From: Candidatus Sumerlaeaceae bacterium
GTDB lineage: Bacteria; Sumerlaeota; Sumerlaeia; Sumerlaeales; Sumerlaeaceae
Reading direction: 5' to 3'
Length of the DNA stretch: 51,997 nt
Assembly: GCA_051003195.1 (NCBI GenBank)
Contig: JBPCLP010000018.1
Location: 1-51,997, forward strand
Position 1 is the stretch's first letter, and each line of letters begins with the position of its first letter. The position numbers were made by a program, and so were the translations under genes. The notes under the pieces were generated by a model, which searched no databases, was not told where the DNA came from, and saw only the letters and a list, made by a program, of their open reading frames with translations. Below are positions 1-7,981 of this stretch, in pieces.

Positions 1-172
1 CACTGACTTAAGATTGCCGATTTTTAGTACACGAGTTTGATTTGTAAGCGTTTAGGTCCAGTCCGAGCAATTGCGACCGTCCTTCGGGAAAGAAACTCAG
101 GCTTCGATCTCCTAACTTATTCAAATACAGGCATTTAGAAATACCAAATGTCCATTAAGTCAGTGCCATTCG
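1..172. repeat. Inverted-repeat-bounded MITE-like element, left end cut by the window edge
   Basis: CACTGACTTAA (1-11) is the exact reverse complement of TTAAGTCAGTG (155-165). The right end continues CCATTCG; the interior is AT-rich and non-coding; the element supplies the stop codon of ORF 160..468. Confidence 0.55.
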
Positions 173-468
173 GGACGGTTGACGTTTTTTCCTATTGTTC
201 GGGCGCGGGTAGCACGGCGCTGAGGGTTTGTCTTCGACGTGCGCGTCTCCGAGCGCAGTTCTCTTTCAACAAGCTGATGCACTTGCGCAACCATCTCCGT
301 AGGAACGCCGAGGAATGTGATGCGTTTTGACTGGAATGCAGCGTCGTCTTCTGCTGCTGCTTCTTCGGGTCTCTGCGACTCATAGTGTCGAATAACGGCC
401 TCAACGCGTTTGCGGTTCCAACCCTCCGGGTAAACATTAGGATCGCGCTTCTTTGTGGCTTTTTTCAT
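160..468 (-). CDS. Putative antitoxin (small partner of a BrnT/DUF4258-like toxin)
   Basis: 102 aa with 'YPEGWNRKRVEAVIRHYESQ..EEAAAEDDAAF...VP..MV..V..L', as seen in small antitoxin-like partners. ATGA overlap with the upstream toxin-like ORF. Confidence 0.55.
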   Translation of the reverse strand: MKKATKKRDPNVYPEGWNRKRVEAVIRHYESQRPEEAAAEDDAAFQSKRITFLGVPTEMVAQVHQLVERELRSETRTSKTNPQRRATRARTIGKNVNRPEWH

Positions 469-686
469 CGCCCCTTCTTCTTTCTCCTCCGGCGGAACGC
501 CGTCAATGCTTTACCAACCAACTCGTATGCCGTAATTACGAATAGTCCATCGCCCGACCGCAGTGGAGTATAGACAACTTTTAAATACCGGCCCGCTTCC
601 GTTTGGCCTATCCGGATTCGACTTTCATCTGTGCCAGGGGAATCCTCCTGATACTTCTCTGAACAATTGGAAAGTACATCAATCAC
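465..686 (-). pseudogene. BrnT/DUF4258-like (RelE-fold) toxin, apparently 5'-truncated
   Basis: 'EVIDVL...EDSPGTDESRIRIGQTEAGRYLKVVY...LFVITAYEL...FRRRRKK' resembles BrnT-type toxins. The usual N-terminal 'H..H.V' segment is absent, there is no clear RBS, and an in-frame stop lies about 35 nt upstream. Confidence 0.55.
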
Positions 687-726
687 CTCATTGACAAGGC
701 TCGTGCCGGCGACTGGAGATCATCGT

Positions 727-1536
727 GTGAGTTCGACAACCAGCACGCCGGGCGAAGTGTTTGCTTCCAGGGCAAGGGATGTGCTTTCCGCGGAGGAGCG
801 CGCGCTGCTGATGCAGATCGTACCGGAGAAGCTGCCCGAACACGTCGCTGTGATCATGGACGGCAACGGGCGCTGGGCGCGCGAGCGAGGTTTTGCCGAC
901 CGGATTCGCGGTCACGAAGCCGGCATAACGAGCGTGCGTACGGCGGTGCGTGCGTGCGGCGAACTGCACCTGAAGGCCCTCACCCTGTATGCGTTTTCTG
1001 TCGAGAACTGGCAGCGGCCCAGGCATGAGATTGCCGCGTTGATGGGCCTGCTTGATCATTTTCTCAAATCGGAAATCGGCGAGCTGAACGACAATAATGT
1101 GCGCCTGGTGACGTCGGGCCGCACCGAGGATCTGCCCGAGGGCGTGCAGCGCACATTGGCGGAAACGATCTCCTCCACCAGCAGCAATACCGGCCTGGTG
1201 CTCAACCTGGCCCTCAGCTATGGCGGCCGCGCGGAAATCCTGGCCGCGGTACAGGCGATTGCGCAGCAGGTGGCACAGGGAGCCATGCAGCCGCACCAGG
1301 TAACCGAGGACAGCTTTTCGCAGCACTTGAATCACCCGGAGCTTGGCGATCCAGATCTGCTCATTCGTACCAGCGGAGAAATGCGGGTATCGAACTTTTT
1401 GCTGTGGCAGATTGCCTACACCGAGATTCACGTGACCCCGGTGCTGTGGCCCGATTTCCGGAGATCGCACCTTTATACTGCGATCCTGGATTTTCAGCGG
1501 CGCGAGCGACGGTTCGGAAAGGTGATGCCGGCCTAG
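727..1536 (+). CDS. uppS: Undecaprenyl diphosphate synthase (isoprenyl transferase)
   Basis: HVAVIMDGNGRWA, YAFSVENWQR, LSYGGRAEI, DPDLLIRTSGEMRVSNFLLWQ, RERRFG. GTG at 727 has a GGAG RBS. Confidence 0.97.
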   Translation: MSSTTSTPGEVFASRARDVLSAEERALLMQIVPEKLPEHVAVIMDGNGRWARERGFADRIRGHEAGITSVRTAVRACGELHLKALTLYAFSVENWQRPRHEIAALMGLLDHFLKSEIGELNDNNVRLVTSGRTEDLPEGVQRTLAETISSTSSNTGLVLNLALSYGGRAEILAAVQAIAQQVAQGAMQPHQVTEDSFSQHLNHPELGDPDLLIRTSGEMRVSNFLLWQIAYTEIHVTPVLWPDFRRSHLYTAILDFQRRERRFGKVMPA

Positions 1537-1731
1537 TGTGGTGTCCCAGAGATTCGTTATATATTTTCGGTTTCCGGCGCCCCTTCAGGGCGCGAAAAAT
1601 GGGGTGCTGTAACACAGGGCTGCGGATTCCAAAAAGCCGGAATCCTTACCCTGGGCTGTGTTCCGCTGCACCTTCGGTGCAAAAAGATTCCGACGGAAAT
1701 TCTGGGGCGAATTAATGGGATACCAAACCAG
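1533..1731. mobile_element. MITE-like / structured repeat inserted between uppS and cdsA
   Basis: Imperfect terminal inverted repeats CTAGTGTGGTGTCCCA...ATTC and GAAT...TGGGATACCAAACCAG. Several internal hairpins (GCGCCCT-TC-AGGGCGC, GGATTCC-N7-GGAATCC, TGCACC-TTC-GGTGCA). It fills the whole intergenic gap. Confidence 0.55.
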
Positions 1732-2553
1732 ATGAAACAGATCACTTCGCGTGCGCGCACCGGTTTATTTGCCATGGCGGTCCTGGTGGTGTGCCTTTGG
1801 AAGCCATGGCTGCACTGGCTGGTCAGCATGATTGTTGCCGTTCTCGGTTTCATTGGCATCCGTGAGTTCCACCGCATGGGCCGCAATATTGGAGTTCGCA
1901 CTTCCCAGCCGCTTGCCATCGTGATGACGCTCGCGCTGATCGTCGCGGGCACCGCGCCGCTGGAACTTTTCAAGGGCCTGCTTCTCTCGGTGCTCCTGGT
2001 TAGTATCGTTGGTGCGTACCTCGTTCACATGACGGTGTATGGTTACGAAGGTGCCTATAGTGTTGTACCGATTGCGGTGTTCGGGCCGATCTATATCGGT
2101 ATCCCGCTGGCGCTCAGTCTGCAGATTATGCAGGGCGACCGTATGTTCCTGATGTTCGGGCTGCTGTTGGTATGGCTTTCCGATATCGGCGCCTACTACG
2201 CCGGGCGCAAATACGGACAGCACAAGCTGGCGCCGCGACTCAGCCCGAAAAAAACCATCGAGGGTGCGCTTGGCGGACTGGCAGGGTGCCTGCTGGTTGC
2301 GCTGATTTTCAAAGCGCTGGTGCCAACCGCCGCCTTTGACTATTCCTGGGGAGAGGCTGTTGTCGTCGCGCTTATCGTCGGCCTCATAGCACCATGCGGC
2401 GACCTGGCAGAGTCGATTCTAAAGCGCGACACGGGCATCAAGGACAGTGGCCGCGGGATGGGTGGCCACGGTGGAGTACTTGACCGCATCGATTCGCTGT
2501 TGTTCTGTTTTCCCGCGCTCTATCTGTTTCTGATGGTTACGGGTCGGCTATAG
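1732..2553 (+). CDS. cdsA: Phosphatidate cytidylyltransferase
   Basis: Multi-TM protein with SDIGAYYAGR, SPKKTIEG, GDLAESILKR..GIKDSG...GHGGVLDRIDS; follows uppS. Confidence 0.96.
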   Translation: MKQITSRARTGLFAMAVLVVCLWKPWLHWLVSMIVAVLGFIGIREFHRMGRNIGVRTSQPLAIVMTLALIVAGTAPLELFKGLLLSVLLVSIVGAYLVHMTVYGYEGAYSVVPIAVFGPIYIGIPLALSLQIMQGDRMFLMFGLLLVWLSDIGAYYAGRKYGQHKLAPRLSPKKTIEGALGGLAGCLLVALIFKALVPTAAFDYSWGEAVVVALIVGLIAPCGDLAESILKRDTGIKDSGRGMGGHGGVLDRIDSLLFCFPALYLFLMVTGRL

Positions 2554-2567
2554 AGCGGCCGCTGCTG

Positions 2568-3491
2568 CTATTCCTTGCGCCCGAAGAGCCCAAGAAATCC
2601 GCGACGTTTCGCGGGTTGCTGTCCAGGTTCCGCCGGTTGCTGGGAAGTCTGCGGTGCGCCCGGATTACCACCCAGCAGACGCGCGCGCAGTGCACCGTCG
2701 GCGATGAATAGTCCTGTTTCATCTCCCGGCTTCGCCGTTTCTACGGCAGCGGCCTGGCCCGTTGCGAGATCCACCGTCACAAACGATGTCTGCCCGCTGG
2801 CGTTCAATCCCCCCAGCAGCAGCTCGTCGCCGGCTTCGTTGTAATCCAGCACGCGTACGCCTGCCGGCATGTTTCCCACCGGTATGGGAGCCCCCGCTAC
2901 GTAACTCCCGGCTTCAATGCGGACGGGAACGGCTTCCAGAGTTTTATTTACAATGTTGTTGCCGACGATAAGGATCCCACCCTGCCGGAGAAAAATACGC
3001 TGGGCGTCCAGATCAAAATCCAGCAGGCGCCGATACGCCTTGTTCACCGCAGCGAGCGCGCTGGTCTGGCCAAAGGAAGTAACGACAAACTGGCCCGTGC
3101 GTTCGATGTCGAAGCGCTTGCCGCTGATCCCGTCGCCTTCGTTTCCAATAAGCAGGCGGCGATCGCCATAACGCATCGCCATCTGGGCCACAACTTTCCC
3201 GTCGGCGTCGCTTCGCCACATGTTCAATGTGTCGCTGGAGAGCTCGTTGCAATTCTGCGACTGCGCGAACAGAATGGCTTCTCGCTCGCCTTCGGCCACC
3301 GCGTACAGCATATTGCCGGTCGAGTTGCGATGTACATGCACAGCGCCGCGCGGACCGTACGGCGAGTTGCATGCACCAGCTATGATCGCGGCGAGATCCT
3401 GTTTTGAAAATGTGATGACGCTCGACCGCCCAGCGGCGGTTGCGGCAATCGCCGCGGTTACTGCTACGCTCAACAGCGTCCGAGTTTTCAT
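2568..3491 (-). CDS. Hypothetical secreted protein (beta-rich)
   Basis: ATG at 3491 gives a signal peptide (MKTRTLLSVAVTAAIAATAA). Pro/Gln linker and amphipathic C-terminus KRRGFLGLFGRKE. No family recognised. Confidence 0.7.
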   Translation of the reverse strand: MKTRTLLSVAVTAAIAATAAGRSSVITFSKQDLAAIIAGACNSPYGPRGAVHVHRNSTGNMLYAVAEGEREAILFAQSQNCNELSSDTLNMWRSDADGKVVAQMAMRYGDRRLLIGNEGDGISGKRFDIERTGQFVVTSFGQTSALAAVNKAYRRLLDFDLDAQRIFLRQGGILIVGNNIVNKTLEAVPVRIEAGSYVAGAPIPVGNMPAGVRVLDYNEAGDELLLGGLNASGQTSFVTVDLATGQAAAVETAKPGDETGLFIADGALRARLLGGNPGAPQTSQQPAEPGQQPAKRRGFLGLFGRKE

Positions 3492-3590
3492 GGTACATAC
3501 CTGTGCAACCAGCCGGATGCGCCGGCGCCCATCTGCACGCCAGCAGCCCGGTAGCGTTCCATCGGCCAGCGGTTGCCGCAACCGAAAACG

Positions 3591-4496
3591 TTAAGCAGGA
3601 GCCGCTGGTTTTTCGTGCTGATCGAGCTGACCAAGGCGCTGGTCGATCATCGGGTGCATTTCTGGAGGCGATGCATGCTTAATTGCCTCAAGCAATTGCC
3701 GGCTATGGTCGACACGGCCCACATCCAACAATGCCTGGGCGAGGTTCAGCAGCGCGAACGGCTGATGCACCTGCTGAATGTGTGGCTCCACGAGCGCGAT
3801 AATCTCGTGCGGCATCGACTGTTGTCCCAATAAGAAGGTCAGTTCCGCTAACAGGTCCTGCTTTTCCTCCTCCGTGGATGCCCGGGATAATGCTTCATGT
3901 ATCCTGCGTTTCAGCTCGTCCTTTTCGCAGGCAGACGCCGCGATTTGCGCCAGTGCACGATATCCCACGGGGCTGTGCGGTCGCTTCTCCACAAAACGCA
4001 TGACCTTTTCCATGCCGCGAGCCGCTTCACCGCGCTCGTTATAGAAGCCGTACACAGCCAGCAGCAGTTGCGGGTTGGCGGGATCCGTGTCGACTGCGGT
4101 ATCGAGCAGCACCATGGTCTCATCGATGCGGTTCTGCCGGGCGCGGACCTTGGCCAGGCCAAGCGTGGCACGTGCGATGTCGTGCGGGTACGCGGCGTCC
4201 TCGATGATCTCTTCGAAAGCTGCCGCGGCTTCGTCCAGTCGACCTGTTTCCGCCAGGGCGGCCGACCGCCAGTAAAGGTCCGGCACGTGGCCACTGGACA
4301 GCTCACAGGCGTGTTCAGCAACTTCGAGCGCCTCTTTCGGAAACCCGTCGGTGAGAAGTTGAGGCCCGATCTGCCGAAGCACGTCGAGGTTGCTCCAGTT
4401 CTGGCGGGCGGCGTTCATCAATTGTACGCTGTACTGGCTGCGCGTGATCTTGTGTGGCTGGCCTTGCTGATCTACTACATCCATCATGTCATCCAT
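3591..4496 (-). CDS. Tetratricopeptide-repeat protein
   Basis: Repeated helical TPR-like motifs (ALAETGRLDEAAAAFEE, LGLAKVRARQNR, NLAQALLDVGR). Confidence 0.8.
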   Translation of the reverse strand: MDDMMDVVDQQGQPHKITRSQYSVQLMNAARQNWSNLDVLRQIGPQLLTDGFPKEALEVAEHACELSSGHVPDLYWRSAALAETGRLDEAAAAFEEIIEDAAYPHDIARATLGLAKVRARQNRIDETMVLLDTAVDTDPANPQLLLAVYGFYNERGEAARGMEKVMRFVEKRPHSPVGYRALAQIAASACEKDELKRRIHEALSRASTEEEKQDLLAELTFLLGQQSMPHEIIALVEPHIQQVHQPFALLNLAQALLDVGRVDHSRQLLEAIKHASPPEMHPMIDQRLGQLDQHEKPAAPA

Positions 4497-4683
4497 AAGT
4501 ACTCTTAAAAAGAGGAAGTATGGGAACAGATGCTAGCGAAAACATGCGGACTCCAGGAGGCACAAGGTTGCAATTAGCAGCGTCGCGAGATTCCGCTGCC
4601 TATCATTGGTTGACAGGTTGCACCGCGCAACGCGTTACGGACAATATGCGTTTTGAAGCGACCAGCCGGCAGGTCCTGGCAAA

Positions 4684-5421
4684 GTGATTATCGGTGTAAT
4701 ACCGTCGCGCTTTGCATCGACGCGTTTGCCTGGAAAACCGCTCATCGAGTTGGCGGGCAAGCCGCTTGTGCAATGGGTCTGGGAAGCCGCGAAGCGCTGC
4801 CAGAGACTCGACAACGTCCTGGTTGCCACGGACGATGAACGCATTGCAGCCGCCTGCCGCGCGTTCGGCGCGGATGTAGTCATGACGCCGGCGGAATGCC
4901 CGAGCGGCACCGACCGCATTTCCGCTGCGCTGGAGGGCCGTGATGCGGATGTGGTGGTAAACATCCAGGGTGACGAGCCGCTCATGGAGCCTGCAACCGT
5001 TGACGCGTGTGTGGCCGCATTGGTCGGGAATCCCGGCGCCGCGGTTTCTTCTGCCATGACACGCATCGATACACGCGAAGACTACCTGGCGTCGCATGTC
5101 GTTAAGGTGGTGGTGAGCGAAACCGGGCGTGCGCTCTACTTCAGCCGCGCGCCGATACCGGACAGCTCTCGCCTGACCGCAGGCGAGCAACAGAGCCTGG
5201 TAGCTTATAAGCACCTCGGCCTGTATGTGTATCGGCGGGCTGCGCTGGAACAGTTCATTAAACTTCGTCCTTCCCGCTACGAACAAGCCGAAAAACTGGA
5301 GCAGCTTCGCTTCCTGGAGGCGGGCTTTCATATCCAGATGGTCGAAGTGGAATCCGGTTCGGTCGGCGTTGACACCCCTGAAGACGTTGAAAAAGTGGAA
5401 AAACTGCTGCTGGGTCGTTAA
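4684..5421 (+). CDS. kdsB: 3-deoxy-manno-octulosonate cytidylyltransferase (CMP-Kdo synthetase)
   Basis: IPSRFASTRLPGKPL, SGTDRI, NIQGDEP, ALYFSRAPIP, HLGLYVY, EKLEQLR, GVDTPED. Confidence 0.97.
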   Translation: MIIGVIPSRFASTRLPGKPLIELAGKPLVQWVWEAAKRCQRLDNVLVATDDERIAAACRAFGADVVMTPAECPSGTDRISAALEGRDADVVVNIQGDEPLMEPATVDACVAALVGNPGAAVSSAMTRIDTREDYLASHVVKVVVSETGRALYFSRAPIPDSSRLTAGEQQSLVAYKHLGLYVYRRAALEQFIKLRPSRYEQAEKLEQLRFLEAGFHIQMVEVESGSVGVDTPEDVEKVEKLLLGR

Positions 5422-5486
5422 GTTTCGACAGCGTTTATGCGCCAAGTTGAAGGACGTAGCGTCTGGAGCGTCGTTTTTGATTGCAC

Positions 5487-5501
5487 TGGCTTGGCGCTTG
5501 C
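5487..5501 (+). promoter_or_regulatory. Possible sigma-54 (-24/-12) promoter upstream of the Cys-rich peptide
   Basis: TGGCTTGGCGCTTGC fits GG-N10-GC with TTGC; it lies about 130 nt upstream of ATG 5632. Confidence 0.3.
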
Positions 5502-5631
5502 CTGCGAATTGAGCCCAGTTGATCCGAATTGCTGGTTGGGGACGTGTGGCAGCGGAAGCTCGCTTGCGCTGGCGGCGTTTAGGGAAAAGGATCAACCGGA
5601 GTGTAACACGATTCCATTTGGGAGTAACGAT

Positions 5632-5748
5632 ATGAAGTTCGTATTCGTGCTTGTTGCTGCTGCTTGCGTTCTCGGCGGCTGCTGTGCTTCGGCCTGCCGT
5701 CCGGCTTGCCGCCCGGCGTGCGCGCCGGTATGTAATCCCTGCCGCTAA
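5632..5748 (+). CDS. Small Cys-rich putative lipoprotein/peptide (38 aa)
   Basis: GGGAG RBS before ATG 5632. MKFVFVLVAAACVLGG-C is a signal plus lipobox-like segment, followed by CASACRPACRPACAPVCNPCR; a terminator lies downstream. Confidence 0.7.
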   Translation: MKFVFVLVAAACVLGGCCASACRPACRPACAPVCNPCR

Positions 5749-5801
5749 TCTGCAGCAGGGTTTTTCCGGCGGCGGAACTATGCCGTCCGGGTCTATTCTG
5801 A

Positions 5802-5838
5802 GAAAGCCCGCTGGTGCCATGCACCGGCGGGCTTCTTT
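5802..5838. terminator. Probable bidirectional intrinsic terminator
   Basis: Stem-loop AAGCCCGCTGGTGC-CAT-GCACCGGCGGGCTT with A/T-rich flanks, between convergent genes. Confidence 0.75.
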
Positions 5839-7844
5839 CACTTTGAGTGGGCTCTTGCGGGCGTCAACTTGATCAGTCGGCAGCCGTGACCCGGCACATC
5901 TGATTCGAAGCGATTATCCCGCCTGCCGATATCTTTTTGCAGCCAGAGGTCACGTGCATCTTGTGGACCTTTGATTCCAAGGTCTTCCCATTGCGCGACC
6001 ACGCCGCCTGTGATGTCGTCGAGATTAAACAGGCCCACCGCGATGCTGTCATCCGCCAGCGGACGCGACCACACCTGCGTCTCACCATTTTGGGAGCGAC
6101 GTTTAGCGGGTCTTCCGAGCCGGTCCTGATCTACGGCAAGCACTTCGTCATTTGTTAGCATGGCGAGTGTGAATTCGTCCAGCTTTGTCATGTCGCACCC
6201 AATCAGCAGCGGAGAAGCCACCAGGCTCCAAAGCGTGACGTGCGTCAGCTGCTCCTGTTGCGTGAGTTTGCTCGCGTGAAGCTTCGGACCCCAGCCGACT
6301 AATCCCACTACCAGCATATCAGGGTCGTTCCATTTACCCGGCCCCACCGCATCGTTGCGTTCGGTCTCTGTAAACCCGAGCCGCAGGATGCTGCTCCATC
6401 GGTCGCGAATGTCGCCTGTCGTACGCCACAGGTTTCCGCCCACTTCCGGCGAACCGCCCCAGTGCCAAACCCCACCCATCCCATACTGGCACAGGCTGTA
6501 CACGATATCGCGCGGAACAGCGTCCAGTGCGCTGCGCATCACGATGTATGGCTTCTGGTAATCTTCGAGGTTTCGCTCTTTGCCGACAATCTCGCTGTAT
6601 GAGCACCAGTCGAACTTCAGGTAATCGATACCCCAATCGGCGTAGGATTGCGCGTCCTGCTGTTCGTGCTCATAGCTGCCGAGATAACCGCCGCACGTCT
6701 TTCGGCCTGGAGAGGAATAAATGCCCAGTTTCAACCCTTTCGAATGCACATAATCGGACAGAGCTTTCATGTCGGGAAACTTGTCATTGGGCTTGATGCG
6801 TCCGTCAGGCTCGCGGTCCGGCCCTTCCCAGCCGTCGTCGATGTTAATATAGGAGAATCCATGCGCGGCAAGACCGCTGCTGACCATGGCATCCGCTGCT
6901 GCCCGGACTTTCGCATCATCGACGGAAAGTCCCCAGACGTTCCATGAATTCCATCCCAGGGGCGGCGTGAGTGCCAGTTTACGCTGCCCTGCAACAATGG
7001 TCAGGTCGCGACTGGCACTGCCTCGCGCACCCGTAACGTTGACCGAGGCCGTGGTGACGCCTTCGGATTTTACGGTTCCTGTGATGATGCCGGTTATTGG
7101 ATGAATCGCAAGAGCAGCGGGCAGACCTGTCGCCGAATAGCTAAGCGTGCCCTTGCCCATTGCCGGTACCATAAAGAGGAACGGACGTCCGGGCGTGGTG
7201 CCAACGATGTCCGGACCATTAATCCTTGGGATATCACTGGCTGTGGGACGCGCGATGTCTGCTGGAGGGCTGGGCGGAGTAACGCCTGCCTCGGGCCGGG
7301 TGGTTGCCTTATCCGCAAGGTAGATGATCGCGTCAGCCCAGTCCGCGTGATCCTTGTGAATCTTTCCCTCGGCGTCATGCACGAGCAGGCGCATCGTCTC
7401 CGAGCCGGTTAGATTCACCTCCAGGTGCTTTGGTGGTCTGCCGCCTTTCATGACGCCGGAGTCTGCCAGCTTTTTACCGTCCACCAGCACCTGGAAAATG
7501 ACGGTTCCTTCCGTGGTGCACTCGTCGTCCACGCCGACCGTCGCAGTGAAACGTTTGGCGCTTCTGTATAAATTTACATCAAATTTCGAGAAGGCGTGCG
7601 TGCCAACGCCATGCTCGTATGTCGTACCCGCGAGTCGGATCGGGTTGCCGCGAACGGACTTTTTAGCATGCACTTCGCCCCAACCAATTTCCATTTCGGA
7701 AAGGTCGAGCTCCTCGAGTCGAACCATGGTTGTAATCGAGTCGCCAGCCGCAGGTTCGACTTGAGCCGTGGCAGTGGTGCCGCAGAACAAAACCGCAACA
7801 AGTGTGAGCGTATTGCGGATCGCTTCTCGAAAAGGTCCTGGCAT
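5838..7844 (-). CDS. Alpha-galactosidase GH27 with NPCBM and Ig-like (He_PIG) domains, secreted
   Basis: Signal peptide; NPCBM (HGVGTHA, DHADWAD); GLPAALAIHPITGIITGT; GH27 motifs TPPLGWNSWN, NIDDGW, DYLKFDWC, WRTTGDI, WNDPDML. Confidence 0.93.
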   Translation of the reverse strand: MPGPFREAIRNTLTLVAVLFCGTTATAQVEPAAGDSITTMVRLEELDLSEMEIGWGEVHAKKSVRGNPIRLAGTTYEHGVGTHAFSKFDVNLYRSAKRFTATVGVDDECTTEGTVIFQVLVDGKKLADSGVMKGGRPPKHLEVNLTGSETMRLLVHDAEGKIHKDHADWADAIIYLADKATTRPEAGVTPPSPPADIARPTASDIPRINGPDIVGTTPGRPFLFMVPAMGKGTLSYSATGLPAALAIHPITGIITGTVKSEGVTTASVNVTGARGSASRDLTIVAGQRKLALTPPLGWNSWNVWGLSVDDAKVRAAADAMVSSGLAAHGFSYINIDDGWEGPDREPDGRIKPNDKFPDMKALSDYVHSKGLKLGIYSSPGRKTCGGYLGSYEHEQQDAQSYADWGIDYLKFDWCSYSEIVGKERNLEDYQKPYIVMRSALDAVPRDIVYSLCQYGMGGVWHWGGSPEVGGNLWRTTGDIRDRWSSILRLGFTETERNDAVGPGKWNDPDMLVVGLVGWGPKLHASKLTQQEQLTHVTLWSLVASPLLIGCDMTKLDEFTLAMLTNDEVLAVDQDRLGRPAKRRSQNGETQVWSRPLADDSIAVGLFNLDDITGGVVAQWEDLGIKGPQDARDLWLQKDIGRRDNRFESDVPGHGCRLIKLTPARAHSK

Positions 7845-7981
7845 TATGGCACCGCCGTGCAAGGAAATGGGAAACCCTGTTCAGCCCGAAAGCCGGGTAT
7901 GGCGATGTCAACTCTCCGACGCGGCCTGTCCCGTCTCTGTTTCGTATTGCAGTCATTCGGCGCACGTACCAGCCATTCTGA

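Noticed and set aside
4603..5841. 412-aa minus-strand ORF and many similar long shadow ORFs (e.g. 13060..14013, 32286..33140, 47744..48658)
   Set aside because: They are antisense to well-supported genes, have no motifs, and are expected in GC-rich DNA.
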